Part shown: one piece after another, positions 1 to 12,812 of the stretch
How the letters are laid out: every line of letters begins with the position of its first letter
Position numbering within the stretch: position 1 is the stretch's first letter
Assembly (NCBI RefSeq): GCF_030144855.1
Contig: NC_082711.1
Location: forward strand, 37,572,001-37,636,000
Reading direction: 5' to 3'
Length of the DNA stretch: 64,000 nucleotides
DNA from: Hypanus sabinus
Taxonomy: Eukaryota
Program-made: the position numbers and the translations under genes
The notes under the pieces: generated by a model
What the model was told of the DNA's origin: nothing
The model's database searches: none
What the model saw: the letters and a program-made list of their open reading frames with translations, nothing else

Positions 1-103
1 TCAAACTTTCTGCATAATCACTCACGAGTTGTACTGCATGTGCATGTAACGAGAGCTGTAACTCATTTCCTACCTTAGGCCACAAACTTATCAATCACCC
101 CTG
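1..103. mobile_element. Probable end of a Tc1/mariner-type MITE, cut by the window edge
   Basis: Ends in ...AACTTATCAATCACCCCT, resembling mariner-type terminal inverted repeats; partner end not in the window. Confidence 0.35.
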
Positions 104-107
104 ATGT

Positions 108-190
108 AGAGCATGCAAGGGAGCCGGCCAGATCTGAACTCAGGACCTCTCGCCCCGAAGTCCAGCGCTGATGCCACTATGCCACCAGCC
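108..190 (-). mobile_element. tRNA-derived SINE head
   Basis: Reverse complement GGCTGGTGGCATAGTGGC...GAGTTCAGATC has Pol III A and B boxes; related copy at 48240-48426. Confidence 0.6.
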
Positions 191-464
191 TAAAATAGAC
201 CCAATGAAAGTCAGAAGAAGAACAGAGTGTAACTTAGCAGAAGGGTTCCTTTGTAGATAGCCTTAAAAATTAAGTCAAAGCATTTTGAGCCATCTCAATT
301 TTGATGTACGAATGGGGAAATAAAGCTCAGAAATAGATATTCACCACTGTCCAAGCCAACAAGTACATTTTACTCCATTTTCATTTCAATCTGCCCACAC
401 TCTCTATAATTAACCCTCTGTCCAATTGAACACTTACTTACACCATATGACATTTATGACCATC

Positions 465-3400
465 AGACAATAAGACATAGGAGCAGGATTAGACCATCTG
501 GCCCATTGAATCTGCTCCGCCATTCAATCTTCATCATCATCACAATCATGGCTGATCTTTTCTTTTAATCTCCTCCTCAACCCCATTTCCCAGCCTTCTC
601 CCCATAACCTTTGATGCCCTGTCCAATCAAAAACCAATCAACCTACCAATGACCTGCCATCCAGAGCTGCATATGGCAACAAATTTCACAAATTCACCAC
701 CCTTTGGCTAAAGAAATTTCTCCACATCTCTGTTTTGAAAGGATGACCTTCTATCCTGAGGCTATGCCCTCTTGTCCTAGACTCTCCCATCATGGGAAAC
801 ACCCTTTCCACATCTACTCTCCCTTTCAACATTCGAAAGGTTTCAATGAGATCCCCCTTCATCCTTCTGAAATTCCAGCGAGTACAGACACAGAGCCATC
901 AAACATTCCTCGTGTGATAACCCTTTCATTCCTGGAATCATCCTTATGAACCTCCCCTGGACCTTCTGCAATGCCAGCACATCCTTTCTAAGATGAGGGG
1001 CCAAAAACTGTTCACAATACTCAAGGTGAGGCCTCACCAGTGCCTTATAAAGCCGCAGCATCACATCCTTGCTTTTGTATTCTAGACCTCTAAAATGAAT
1101 GCTAACATGGCATTTGCCTTCCTCACCACCGACTCAACCTGCAAGTTAACCTTCAGGGTGTTCTGCACAAGGACTCCCAAGTCCCTCTGCATCTCAGATT
1201 CCTAGATTTTCTCCCAGTTTAGAAAATAGTTTGCACATTTATTTCTACTACCAAAGTACATGACCATACACTTTCAAATATTGTATTTCATTTGCCTTAG
1301 GGTAGGCGGGTGAGGTCTGGGCCTGATGACCCACTCATCCAGGGAAAGTGCACGCGCAATACATCGCCTCTCCTTTCCCGGTGTAGCGATCGCCGTGTGG
1401 TCACTGTCTGGCTTGCTAGGCAGGAGGTCACTGCAAATGGCCTCTCCTACACGACTGCGTCCATAGCAACACCTTCTTGGTGGTGCCCCCCGTTTCCACT
1501 GAGCTTGCTACGTCACGGCACAACCGAGTGTCCGGCGGTATAACTGGATGGGTAGGCTGGGCTCGTTAGCCTTGGTTGGCAGCCAGCCTAAGAGAAGGAC
1601 AGCTCTGACTCCAAACCCGGGCAGGTGGGGCTCGTCAGCCTTGTCAGGCCATCCACCTAGGAGAAGGACACTCGAACGTAACTCCTACGACCCGAGGGCC
1701 TCGCTGTCACCATCCCAGCTTGCTAGGCTATGGCAGATGAACCCTGGGTGCAAAGGGTGAGGCCAGTACCGAGCACACTGCACTCTATCTAAGAGAACCA
1801 TTGCGCAGGCCGAAGGACGCACCCACATCTACGACCATCCTCCCTGAACACACGCATATCTGGCCTTGAGGACAGGAGGAGGAACCGTGACACAGCAGCG
1901 CCAAACCCAAACTGCTGCTGCGGCCAGGTCTGCCTGTCCCGTATCGGCCTCGTCAGCCACCAGCGAGCCTGCAGCAGACGTGGGCAGCCCCTTCCTAAAT
2001 CTTCATTTGTGAAGCCAAGCCATGCCATGACATTTCATTTGCCACTTTCTTGCACATTCTCCTAATCTGTCCAAGTCCTTCTGCATCCTACCAGTTTCCT
2101 CAACACTACTTGCCCCTTCACCAATTTTCAAATTATCTGCAAAGCTGATATCAAAGCCATCTACTCCATCATCTAAATCATTTATATACAGCATAAAGAG
2201 AAGTGGTCCCAACACCAACCACTCCGGAACACCACTAGTCACCACCTGGCAGCCAACCAGAAAAGGATCCTTTTATTCCTACTTGCTGCCTCCTACCAAT
2301 CAGCCAATGCTCTAACCATGTTAGTAACTTTCCTGTATTACCATGGGCTCTTAACTTGGTAAGCAGCCTCATATGTGGCACCTAGTCAAAGGCTTTTTGA
2401 AAGTCCAAATATACATCTACTGCATCCCCTTTATCAATCCTACTTTTAATCTCCTCGAAGAATTAACCACTGAGTCTATAATTTCCTTCCTGCTGCCTTC
2501 CTCCTTTCTTAAAGAAAGGAATAACATTTGTAGTTTTCTAGTCCTCTGGCACCAATGATTTTTGAAAGATCATTTCTAATGCCACCACAATCTCTAACAC
2601 GACCTCTTTCAGAACCCTAGGGTATAGTTCCTCTGGTCTGGGTGACTTATGTACTTTTAGGTCTTTCAACTTTTTGAGCACCTTCTCTCCTGTTACAGTA
2701 ACTGCACCCGCTTCTCTTCCTTCACACACTACAACATTAGGCATGCTGCTAGTATCTTCCACAGTGAAGATTGACACAAAATACTCAGTGTATCAGTCAT
2801 CTCCTTGTCCCTCATTATTACTTTTCCTGCCTCATTTTCTCGTGGTCCTATATCCACTCTAATTTCTTACTTTTATTTTTAACACACTTGAAAAAACATT
2901 TACTATCCACTTTGATATTATTTGCTAGCTTGCTTTCATATTCATCTTTCCTTTCTAATTAATTTTTTAGTTGCTCTCTGTAGGGTTTTGAAAACTTCCC
3001 AATCCTCTGTCTTCCCAATAATTTTTCTTTGTTGCATGCCCTTTCTTTTGCTTTTACTATAGCTTTGACTTCCCTTGCCAGACACAGTTGTACTATTTTA
3101 CTATTTGAGTATTTCTTCATTTTTTGAAAACACATGTCCAGCACCTTCCTCACTTTTCCCAGAAATGCACACCATTGCTGCTCTGCTGACATCCCTGCCA
3201 GCAGCTCCTTCCAATTTACTTTGGCCAACTCCTCTCTCATACCACTGTAATTTCCCTTACTCCACTGAAATACTGCTACATCAGACTTTTACTTTCTCTC
3301 TATCAAATTTCGAGTTGAATACAATCATATTGTGATCACTGGTTCCTAAGGGTTCTTTTACCTTAAGCTCCTTAATCACCTCCAGTTCATTACATAACAC

Positions 3401-4720
3401 CCAATCCAGTTTAGCTGATTCCTAGAAGGCTCAATGACAAACTGCTCTAAAAAGCTATCTCTTAGGCATTCAACAAACTCACTCTCTTGAGATCTATTAC
3501 CAACCTGATTTTCCCAATCAACCTGCATAACTACCATAACATTGCCTTTTCTATTTCCTGTTGTAATCTGTGGTCCACATTCCAGCCACTGTTGGGAGGC
3601 CTGTATATAACTGCCATCAATGTCCTTTTACCCTTGCAGTTTCTTAACTCAACCTACAAGGATTCAACATCTTCCGATCCTATGTCACATCTTTCTACAA
3701 ATTTGATCCCATTCTTTACCAGCAGAGCTACACCACCCCCTCTGTCTACCTTCCTATCCCTCTGATATAACGTGTAACCTTGGACATTCAGCTCCCAACT
3801 ACAACCATCCTTCAGCCCCGATTCAGTGACGGGCACAACATCATACTTGGCAATCAGTAATATTGCAACAAGATCATCCACCTTATTTCTCATACTACTT
3901 GCATTTAGATACAACACATTGAGTACCATATTTGCTGTCCTTTCTGACTCTGCATCCCTAATGATTTAATACTCAGCCTGTTGGATGCAACTATCACCTG
4001 CCTGTCCTTCCTGACAGTCTGACTGCAGGCTGTCTTTACTTTTTACCATCTATCCTATCCTGAGTCCCCTCACTACAGTTCCCACCCCCATGCTAAGTTA
4101 GTTTAAACCCTCCCCAACAGCTCTAACAAACCTGCACGCGAGAATATTGGTTCCCTCGGGTTCAGGTGCAACCCATCACTTTTGAACAGGTCATACCTCC
4201 CCCAGAAGAGATCCCAATTATCCAAGAACCTGAAGCCCTGCCCCCTGCACCATCTTCACAGCCATGCATTTATCTGCCAACTCATTCTGTTTCTACCCTC
4301 ACTGGCACGTGGCATGGGCAGCAATCCTGAAATTACTAACCAGGAGGTCCTGCTTCTCAACTTTCTACCCAACTCTCTAAATTCTCTTTTCAGGACCTCA
4401 TTGCTTTTCCTACCTATGTCATTGGTACTAATATGTACCAAGACATCTGGCTGCTCCCCCTCCCTCTCCAAAATGTTGTGGACGTGATCCGAGACATCTC
4501 TGACCCTGGCACCTGGGAGGCAACATATCATTCAGGGTGTCCCATTCATGTCCACAGAATCTCTCATCTGTTCCCCTGACTTCTGAGTCCCCTATCACTA
4601 CTGCTCCCTTCTTCTCTCTTTCCCTTCTGCACCACTGACCCACGCTCAGTGTCTGTAACCCAGTCGCATGGCATTCTCCTGGGAGGTCATCCCCCACAAA
4701 AACATCCAAAGCAGTTTACT
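465..4720 (-). mobile_element. CR1 LINE, decayed, ORF1 esterase through ORF2 and 3' tail
   Basis: ORF fragments: CCLPGARVRDV..VHISTNDIG (SGNH esterase-type ORF1), YLNASSMRNK (APE endonuclease), VTSGVPE..LGPLLF..YINDLD (RT), LYKALVRPHLEYC. Interrupted by an RTE insertion at 1297-2031. Confidence 0.9.
1297..2031 (+). mobile_element. Internally deleted (non-autonomous) RTE-clade element with 12-bp TSD
   Basis: TSD ATTTCATTTGCC at 1285-1296 and 2032-2043; 3' part encodes CGQVCLSRIGLVSHQRAC (RTE C-terminal Cys/His motif); GC- and CpG-rich. Confidence 0.75.
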
Positions 4721-4774
4721 TGAGTTTACAGTCCAATGTCCAAGTTCCATAGTAATAACCAATCTGTGTGAGGA

Positions 4775-5180
4775 ACTTTTAATGACTCTGGGCATCTACT
4801 CGCTGGAGTTTAGAAAAGTGAGGGGGCACCTTATTGAAAGCTATCAAGTATTGAACAGCTTAAACAGAGAGGACTTGGAGAGGATGTTTCCTATAGTAAG
4901 GGACACAGCCTCAGAATACAAGGACATCCCTTTAGAGATGAAGAAGAATTTCTTTAAACAGAAGGTGGTGAATTTGTGTAATTCATTGTTATAGACAGCT
5001 GTGAAATCCATGTCATTGGGTATATTTAATGTGGAGATTAGTAAGGGTGGTAAAGGTTACAGGGAAGGGAGGAGAATGGGGATGAGAGGGATAATAAATC
5101 AGCCATGATGAAATGATGGATCAGACTCAATGGACCAAATGGCTCAATTCTGCTCCTGTCTTATGGTTTTATGATCTTAT
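4775..5180 (+). mobile_element. CR1 3' fragment
   Basis: LGIYSLEFRKVRGHLIE..KNFFKQKVVNLCNSL followed by a CR1-type 3'UTR and tail. Confidence 0.8.
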
Positions 5181-7038
5181 GGGACTTGGACAATGGGCTT
5201 TCCCATTTTGTTACTTTTCCATTCTGTCTTGCTTATCTAATTTCACTGTTCTGCTATTCTGTTCAGGGTTGGTTCCTTCTGCAGCTTGTTAATCCAGCTT
5301 CATTTTTTTTTGTAAGAATAAGGTTTTAATTATTACTTAGTAACTATTATAAGTATTGTTTGTGGTGTGAATGGGACGTTAATCTTAAACCAAGCAAAGT
5401 ACCAGTGGACACAAACCAAAAACCCCACTGTGCAATGACTTTCAAAGATCATTGGGAACTGAACTCAGGCAACCATGGTAGCCATGGACCCTGACGTCAA
5501 ACACAGCGGTACTCCACTGAGACCTAAACTCAAGTACATTGTAGCACGTGTGACATCATCCATCGAAGACACTAGAGACCACTAATTATCTGAAGAATGC
5601 TGCAAAACCATATATAATTACCAAAGAAACATATAGAGGCAGCCACATAAGCACTTTGGAAATCAATGTTAATTTCTCGTTGATGTTATACTTGTGTGAA
5701 CGTGATTTTGTTTCTCTTCTTACTGCGGTGATTAATATTGAAGCTGAGTCTACAACAGCTGGTTTTGCAATTGATTGCCACCGAGACTGCAGAGTGAGGT
5801 ATCTTTTACATGTGGAGTTGAATAATGGATGGCCATTGGTGTATTCAGAATTAACACCAGTTATTTTTGTATAGCAATATCTAACAGGGGCCCTGTGCAC
5901 ATCTGTAATTCATCCTACTATGTCACTTATTTTCTGCTCTTGCTTAGAAATTTCTGAAACATTTAATAAAAGCACCAGAATTTTGCAATTACATTAGGCG
6001 CTGGGTAGCTCCAGTGACAGACTCTATACTTGATTCTAGTGGGTCTACACCTGACACATTAAACCAGTTCCTTCAGAGATGAAGGAATTTGCTTTGTTAT
6101 TTTTTCTCTACTTCAAATGAAATCATAAAAACTGCAGCAGAGAAGGAAGTAATTCAGACTATTGTAATTGGCCAGGAGCTGGATCTGCAACTGAAGCTAT
6201 TCAGTTCCATTTCCCTGCCTTCCCCATAGCCAGTTAAATTCCACATTTTAAAATCTTTGCCCATTTTATCTTCAAATAATTATATAGTTGACACTGCCAA
6301 AGTACTAGTGCTAAAGTATTCAGGCTTCTGACAGCTGACCATAAAAACATAGGGAATAGAAGCAGTCCCCATCTGTCCTTTAATAAGATAATGGTTAATG
6401 TTTTATCTAAACTACATTTTACCCCACAGACCACATCTCCTCTAATTCGTATACTTTGATATACATGCATATAAATATGAAACTAGGTCTTGTGAATAGA
6501 TAACACAATGATGCCATCATATAGGAGATGTAAATACATAAGTTAGTTGTTGTTCATCTGTAGAAAAGTACCTTTCTGAAGATCTTGTCTCCCAGAGATC
6601 ACTAGTTTACTGGATTTGGTACCAGATTACTAGACATTACTTGAGTTAGTCTGCAGCAGTACTATAAACTGGTTCAACAAACACTTTGAAGCACACTACC
6701 ACCAGTGACATTGCCTCCTGAAGAAGATCAGCATTAAACAACTGGGTAGAAATTGAATTTATGGTCCCCGGAGTGTTGTCATTGAGAATAGTCAATGTGA
6801 CCCCCCATAGTTCTGTAGATCAGAAGTAAGGTGAGACATTGGCAGGTATACAATGAGTTGATACACTACCGTCCTGGTACCAAAGAAAAATAAGGTAACA
6901 TGCCATAATGAATACTGCCCAGTGCCTCTGACGTCTGTCATCATGAACTGCTTTGAGAAGCTGGTCACTGTGCATGTCAGTACCAAACTCCCAGTCAACA
7001 TCGACCCAGTATAATTCACCTGCTGCTGAATTAGGTTC

Positions 7039-9550
7039 ATAAGACTATAAGACAGAGGAACAGAATTAGGCCATTCAGCTCCGCCATTCCATCATGGCTG
7101 ATCCTAGATCCCACTCAACCCCGTATAACCGCCTTCTCGCCTTTGATGACCTGACCGATCAGGAAACTATGAACTTCCACCTTAAGTATACCCACGGACT
7201 TGGCCTCCACTGTAGTCTGTGGCGGAGCATTCCACAGATTAACTACTCACTGGTTTAAAAAAAATCTACCTTACCTCTGTTCTAAAAGGTTGCCCCTCAA
7301 TTTTGAGGCTGTGTCCTCTAGTCCTGGATACCCCCACCAGAGGAAGCATCCTTTCCACATCTATTTTTTCAACAATATTTGGTAGGTTTCAATGAGCTCC
7401 TCCGAAATTCTTCTAAATTCCAGTGAGTACTGGCCCAAAGCTGCCAAACACTTCTCATATGTTAACCCCTTCATTCCCAGAATCATTCTCATGAACCTCC
7501 TCTGGACTCTCTCCAATGACAGTACATTCTTTCTGAGATATGGGGCCCAAAACTATTGACAATACGCCAAGTGCAGCCTGACAAGTGTCTTGTAAAGATT
7601 CAGCATTATCCTCTTGTTTTATATTCTATTCCCCTTGAAATAAATTCCAACATTGCATTTCCCTTCTTTACTACAGACTCGGCCTATGAATTAACCTTCT
7701 GGGAGTCTTGCACAAGGACTCCTAAGTCTCTCTGCACCCCAATGTTTAAACCTTCTCCCCATTTAGATAATAGTCTGCACTATTGTTCCATTTACCAAAA
7801 TGCATTATCATACATTTCCCAACACTGTATTCCATTTGCCACATTTTTGCCCATTCTTCCAATTTGTTGAAGTCCTGCTGCAATCCCATTGTTTCCTCAG
7901 CACTACCTACCCATCCACCTATCTTCATATCATCCGCAAACTTTGCCACAAAGCCATCAGTTCCATTATTTGAATCATTGATAAACAATATGTAAAGTAG
8001 CGGTCCCAGTACTGACCACTAAGGAGCACCGCTAGTCACCGGCAGCCAACCAGAAAAGGCCCTTCTTATTCCCATTCGCTGCCTCCCGCCTGTCAGCCGT
8101 TCCTCTATCCATGCCAGTATCTTTCCTGTAATGCCATAGGATTTTACCTTGTTAAGCAGCCTCATGTGTGGCACCTTATCAAATGCCTTCTGAAAATCCA
8201 AGTACAGTAAATGACATTCACTGCCTCTCCTTTCTCCATGCTGATTGTTACTTCCTCGAAGAACTCTAACAGATTTGTCGGGTGAGACTTCCTTTCACAG
8301 AAACCATGCTGACTTATTTTATCATTAGTTTCCAAGTACCCCCAAACCTCATCCTTAATACCAGATTCCAACACTTTCCCAACCACTAAGGTTAGGCTAA
8401 CTGGCCTATAATTTCCTTTCTTTTGCCTTCTTCCCTACTTAAAGAGTGGAGTGATGCTTGCAATCTTCCAGTCCTCTGGAACCATGCCAGAATTAAATAA
8501 TTTTTGAAAGATCATGAACAATGCATCCGTGATCTCTTCCTCAACCTCTCTCAGGACCTGGGATGTAGTCCACCTGGTCCAGGTGACTTATGCACCTTAA
8601 GATCTTTGAGTTTACCTGAACTTTTTCTTTTGTAATAGCAATGGCACTCACTCCTACTCCCTGACATTGACAGACCTCTGGCACACGGCTAGTGTCGTTC
8701 ACAATGAAGAAAGATGCAAAGAACTTATTAAGTTCATCTGCCATTTCTTTGTCTCCCATTACTACCTCACCAGCATCATTTTGCAGTGGTCCAATAGCAA
8801 CTCTCACCTCCCTTTTGCTCCTTATATAGCTGAAACAACTTTTGGTATCCTGCTTTACATTATTGGCTAGTGTGCCCTCATATTTAATCTTTTTCCTTCT
8901 TATAGCTTTTTCAGTTGCCTTTTGATGGATTTTAAAAGCTTCCCACTCACTTTTGCTACCATATATGCCCTTTCCTTGGCTTTTATGCAGTCCTTAACTT
9001 CCTTTGTCAGCCATGGTTTCCTACCCTTGACATTCGAGAACTTCTTCCTTTGTGGAACATATCTATCCTGCACTTTGTGAACTGTTCCCAGAAACGTCAG
9101 CCATATCTTCTCTGTCATCATCCCTCAAATATTCTCCAATCCACCAGGGCAAGCTCCTCTCTCTTGGCTCTGTTATTCCGTTTATTCCATTGCTATACTG
9201 ATAGTATGACTTGGGCTTCTCCCTCTCAAAATGCAGTTTGAATTCAATCATATTATGATCGCTGCCTCCTAAGAGTTCATTTACATTAGACTCCTAAATA
9301 AGATCTGGGTTATTACACAACACCTAATCTAAGATAGCCTTTCCCCGAGTAGTCTCAAGCACACTCTGCTCTAAAAATCCATCTCATAGGCATTCAACAA
9401 ATTCCCTCTCTTGTGATCCAATACCAACCTGATTTTCCCAATCGCCTTGCATATTGAAATCCCCCATTACAATTGCGTCATTAACCTGATTACATGCCTT
9501 TTCCAGCTCCTTTTGCAATCTCAACCACACATCTTGGCTACTATTTGGAG
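7039..9550 (-). mobile_element. CR1 LINE, 5'-truncated, nested in Rex/Babar
   Basis: [40 protein letters not shown]; same subfamily as 37785-39932 and 44684-45160. Confidence 0.9.
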
Positions 9551-10137
9551 GCTATTTCCATGGCTCTGCTCCTATCTCTGTGGCACCTGGATAATAAGGA
9601 CTCCTGTCTCAGACTGATGACAGCTTGATCTTCATAACATAATTCTAAGCAGTTCATCTGTAGACACCTAGATCTGGGATTCAACACCTCCCTTTGCAAT
9701 GGGACCCCTGTTTTCCTCACCAACATGATGCAATCGGTAGGAATGGGCAGCAGCATCTCTGTCATGGTTATCCTCGACACTAGTTCACCACAAGGCTGTA
9801 TTCTCATTCCTCTACTTTACTCCCTGTACACTCACAACTGTGTGGCCAGATCCTGCTCAAACTCCATTGACAAATTTACAGGTAAGCAACCGTACTGGGC
9901 CATTTCTCAAATCACGATGAATCACTGCACAGGGAGGAAATTGAAAGCCTAGTGATGTGCTGACATGAAAATAACCCTTCCCTCGATGTCAGCAAAACAA
10001 AAGAGCTGGTCATTGACTTCAGGAAGCAAGAGGGTGCACGCACTCCTGTTTACTTGAATGGTGCTTAGGTCAACATGGTTGAGTTTCCAGTTCTTAGAAG
10101 TTAATATTACCAATAGCCCATCCATGCTCAACAACAT

Positions 10138-10775
10138 TGAGTCACCGAGTACTACAGCACAGAAACAGCCCCTTCAGCTCATCTAATCTATGCCAGCCTT
10201 GTCTTCTATCTAGCCCCATCTACCTGCACCTGAACCATATCTCTCCATACCTCTCACTTCCATGTACCTATTCAAGTTTCTCTCAAACATTACTCATCAA
10301 CCACTTCTACTGGGAGTTCATTCCACATCTACATCACCCTATGAGTGAAGATGACTCCCCTCAGATTACCCTTAGATATTTCACCTTTCACCCTAAACCC
10401 ATGATCGCTAGTTCTAGTCTCACCAAATTTGAGGGGGAAAAGCTTGCAAACATTTATCGTACCAATACCCCTCTTAATTTTGTACAGCTCTGTAAGATCT
10501 GCCCTCATTTTCCTGTGCTTCAGTGAATGAAGCCCTAACCTATTCAACCTTTCCCAATAATTCAGATCCTGAAGTCCTGGCAACATCCTTGTAAATTTTC
10601 TCTGCACTCTTTCAAACCTCTTTCTTTATCTTTCCTGTAGGTAAGAAACCAGGACCGCACACACGACCCAAATTCAATTCCACCAATATCTTATCCAACT
10701 TCAACATAACATCCCAATTCCTGTACTCAACGTCCGGATTTATGAAGGCTATTGTGCCAAAAGCTCTCTTTACGG
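10138..10775 (-). mobile_element. CR1 3' fragment nested in Rex/Babar
   Basis: QRKFTRMLPGL..ERLNRLGLHSL; CR1 tail. Confidence 0.8.
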
Positions 10776-11254
10776 CACAATACAATACAGAGGCCATGTA
10801 AAAGAGCCTCTGCTTCCTCAGGAAGCTAAAGAAATTCAATATGTCTTAGATGACACTCACCAAGTTTTTATTGATTCACTGTTGAAAGCATCTTTTCCAG
10901 ATGTGTCAGGGCTCGGTATGGCGAACGCTCTGCCTGAGACGGCAATAGCTCCAGAGAGTTGTGGACACAGTTCAGTAAATCATGAAAATCAGCCACCCCT
11001 CCATGGACACTGTCTACTTTCCTCGTTGCCTCAGTGAAACAGCCAGGGTAATCAAAGACCCTCCCCCTCCCCTGACATTCTCTATTCTCCCTACTCCCAC
11101 GGGCTACAAGATACAAAAGCCTTAAAGCATATACCGGGCTCAACGACAGATTCTATCCTGCTGAATGGACTTCTTGTAGAATAGAATACCTCGATGTGGC
11201 CTTGCAATTTACCGCTTGCCTGTACTAACGTTATTTATAACTACAAAAGAGATT

Positions 11255-11465
11255 GGTGGGGACGTGAAACATGCTGCCAGGGGTGGTGGTAAAAGAAGAT
11301 ACAAGAGGAACATTTAAGAGACTCTTAGAAAGGCACATGCAGGAAGGAAAGAAAACTGGACGGCTATGTGGGAGGGAAGGGTTAGATTGATCTTAGTGGG
11401 TTAAAAGGTTGGCACAATATTATAGGCCAAAGGGCCTGTACTGTGCTGTATTGTTTTATGTTCTA
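11255..11465 (+). mobile_element. Short CR1 3' end
   Basis: FKRLLERHM remnant and GGGCCTGTACTGTGCTGTA..TATGTTCTA tail; related to the 3' end at 32340-32525. Confidence 0.65.
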
Positions 11466-11565
11466 AGTAACACTTAATTCTGCATTGTTTTCCTTGTACT
11501 ACCTCAATGTACTGATGTGATGAAATGATCTATGTGGATGTCAGTGTATAATGATAATAAATCAA

Positions 11566-12190
11566 TTTCAAGTTCAAGTTCAGTCCTACACAGGTGTACA
11601 GCTAAATGAGACATCAGTCCTCTGGGGGTAAGGTGCAAAACACAGTAAATACAATCACGCACAGCACACATAGATATGATTGCACATTCAATCACAAAGT
11701 AATATTAGCACAAGTCCCTGAATGGCATGGCCTGAAGAATGATGGTGCATGGGAGTATGGAACCACCTTCCTGCAAAAACAAGCACACAGCAGTTCCTCA
11801 CCTCGCAGATCAGCCACAGATTAAAGTGATCCAACTTGTTTTCCGGTATCAATTACTAGAGACAAGAACCGATGTGTGAGACAGTCTGCAGGCTCCAGCC
11901 CCCAGCCCGGCATAGGCCCCAGTTGTGCCTCTACTCTTTCCCACATTACTTCCGGTGCCTTCTCCCCTGGGTGGCTGTAAAAGGCAAAGCCATAACATAA
12001 GTGTCTGGTCTGGACAACAACTGAGGCTGTGCAGCTCCCATGCTGTTAGCGTTACCAATGAACTAATGAACCAGACTTATAGTATTTTGTATTATCGATG
12101 TCTAGCAGGGTCTTGCAAAAGAAAGGAAAATGTTTAAGACACACACTTGCTCCATTTGTTGGGCCCAGAGTGACCACTGTGGCCTTGCGT
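11566..12190 (-). mobile_element. Unclassified non-autonomous retroelement
   Basis: (TTCAAG)n tail; shares blocks (GCAAAACACAGTA, CAGGGTCTTGCAA) with 20355-20830. Confidence 0.35.
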
Positions 12191-12741
12191 AGCCCCATTT
12201 TCCCAGAAGGACAGATTTACCAATTTACCAAGTTTACCAATCTTGCTCAAAAGGCACTGGTAAACTAGAATAAAATAAAAGAGAAAAGGTCCAAGAAGCA
12301 ACAATCACCATAAACATCAAGAGACACAATTTTTCTGCAATATGGAAGAAAGAGCGGACATGAAATTGCAGAAGCATTGCCCTTTGATAGGGACAAGTCA
12401 AAATGGCACCTCAATCTTAGGTGGACAATTTCAGCAATTAAATTTGCCAAAATGAGGGTGCATTTAACTCACTGTTCAGAGTGTTTGAGTGCTAAATGTG
12501 CTAGAGAGAGGGGACATAGCAACAGCATACAAATTCAAGCACAGAGCCAAGAGTGAGAACAATATCACCAACGTAGTACCTGCAAGGAGAGGGAGTTTTC
12601 AAACCACCACAACGCAAGAGGAATAGGAGAAGGTCACCTGGCCCTTGCCACTCAACATGAACATTGCTAATCTGACAGACATTAAAGAGGAAAATGAGAT
12701 TTCAGTCTGAAATGGCTCTTGGGTGCATTGTGGAGACAAAT

Positions 12742-12745
<4 letters not shown>

Positions 12746-12811
<66 letters not shown>
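12746..12811. repeat. (CT)n microsatellite
   Basis: About 32 CT units with one interruption. Confidence 0.97.

Positions 12812-12812
<1 letters not shown>

Larger units (their letters stand above)
6640..11575 (+). mobile_element. Rex/Babar-type LINE, split by three CR1 insertions
   Basis: Collinear RT pieces (VPLTSVIMNCFEKLV; AISMAL..HLDNKD; PQGCILIPLLYSLYTHNCVA; C-terminal domain at about 10790-11200); 3' tail AATAAA..(TTCAAG)n. Confidence 0.7.

Noticed and set aside
1297-1550. Hammerhead or HDV-like ribozyme at the RTE-derivative 5' end (CTGATGA..GAAA; leading TTAGGG)
   Set aside because: I could not build the required stems around the core or an HDV nested pseudoknot by eye; a single TTAGGG is uninformative.
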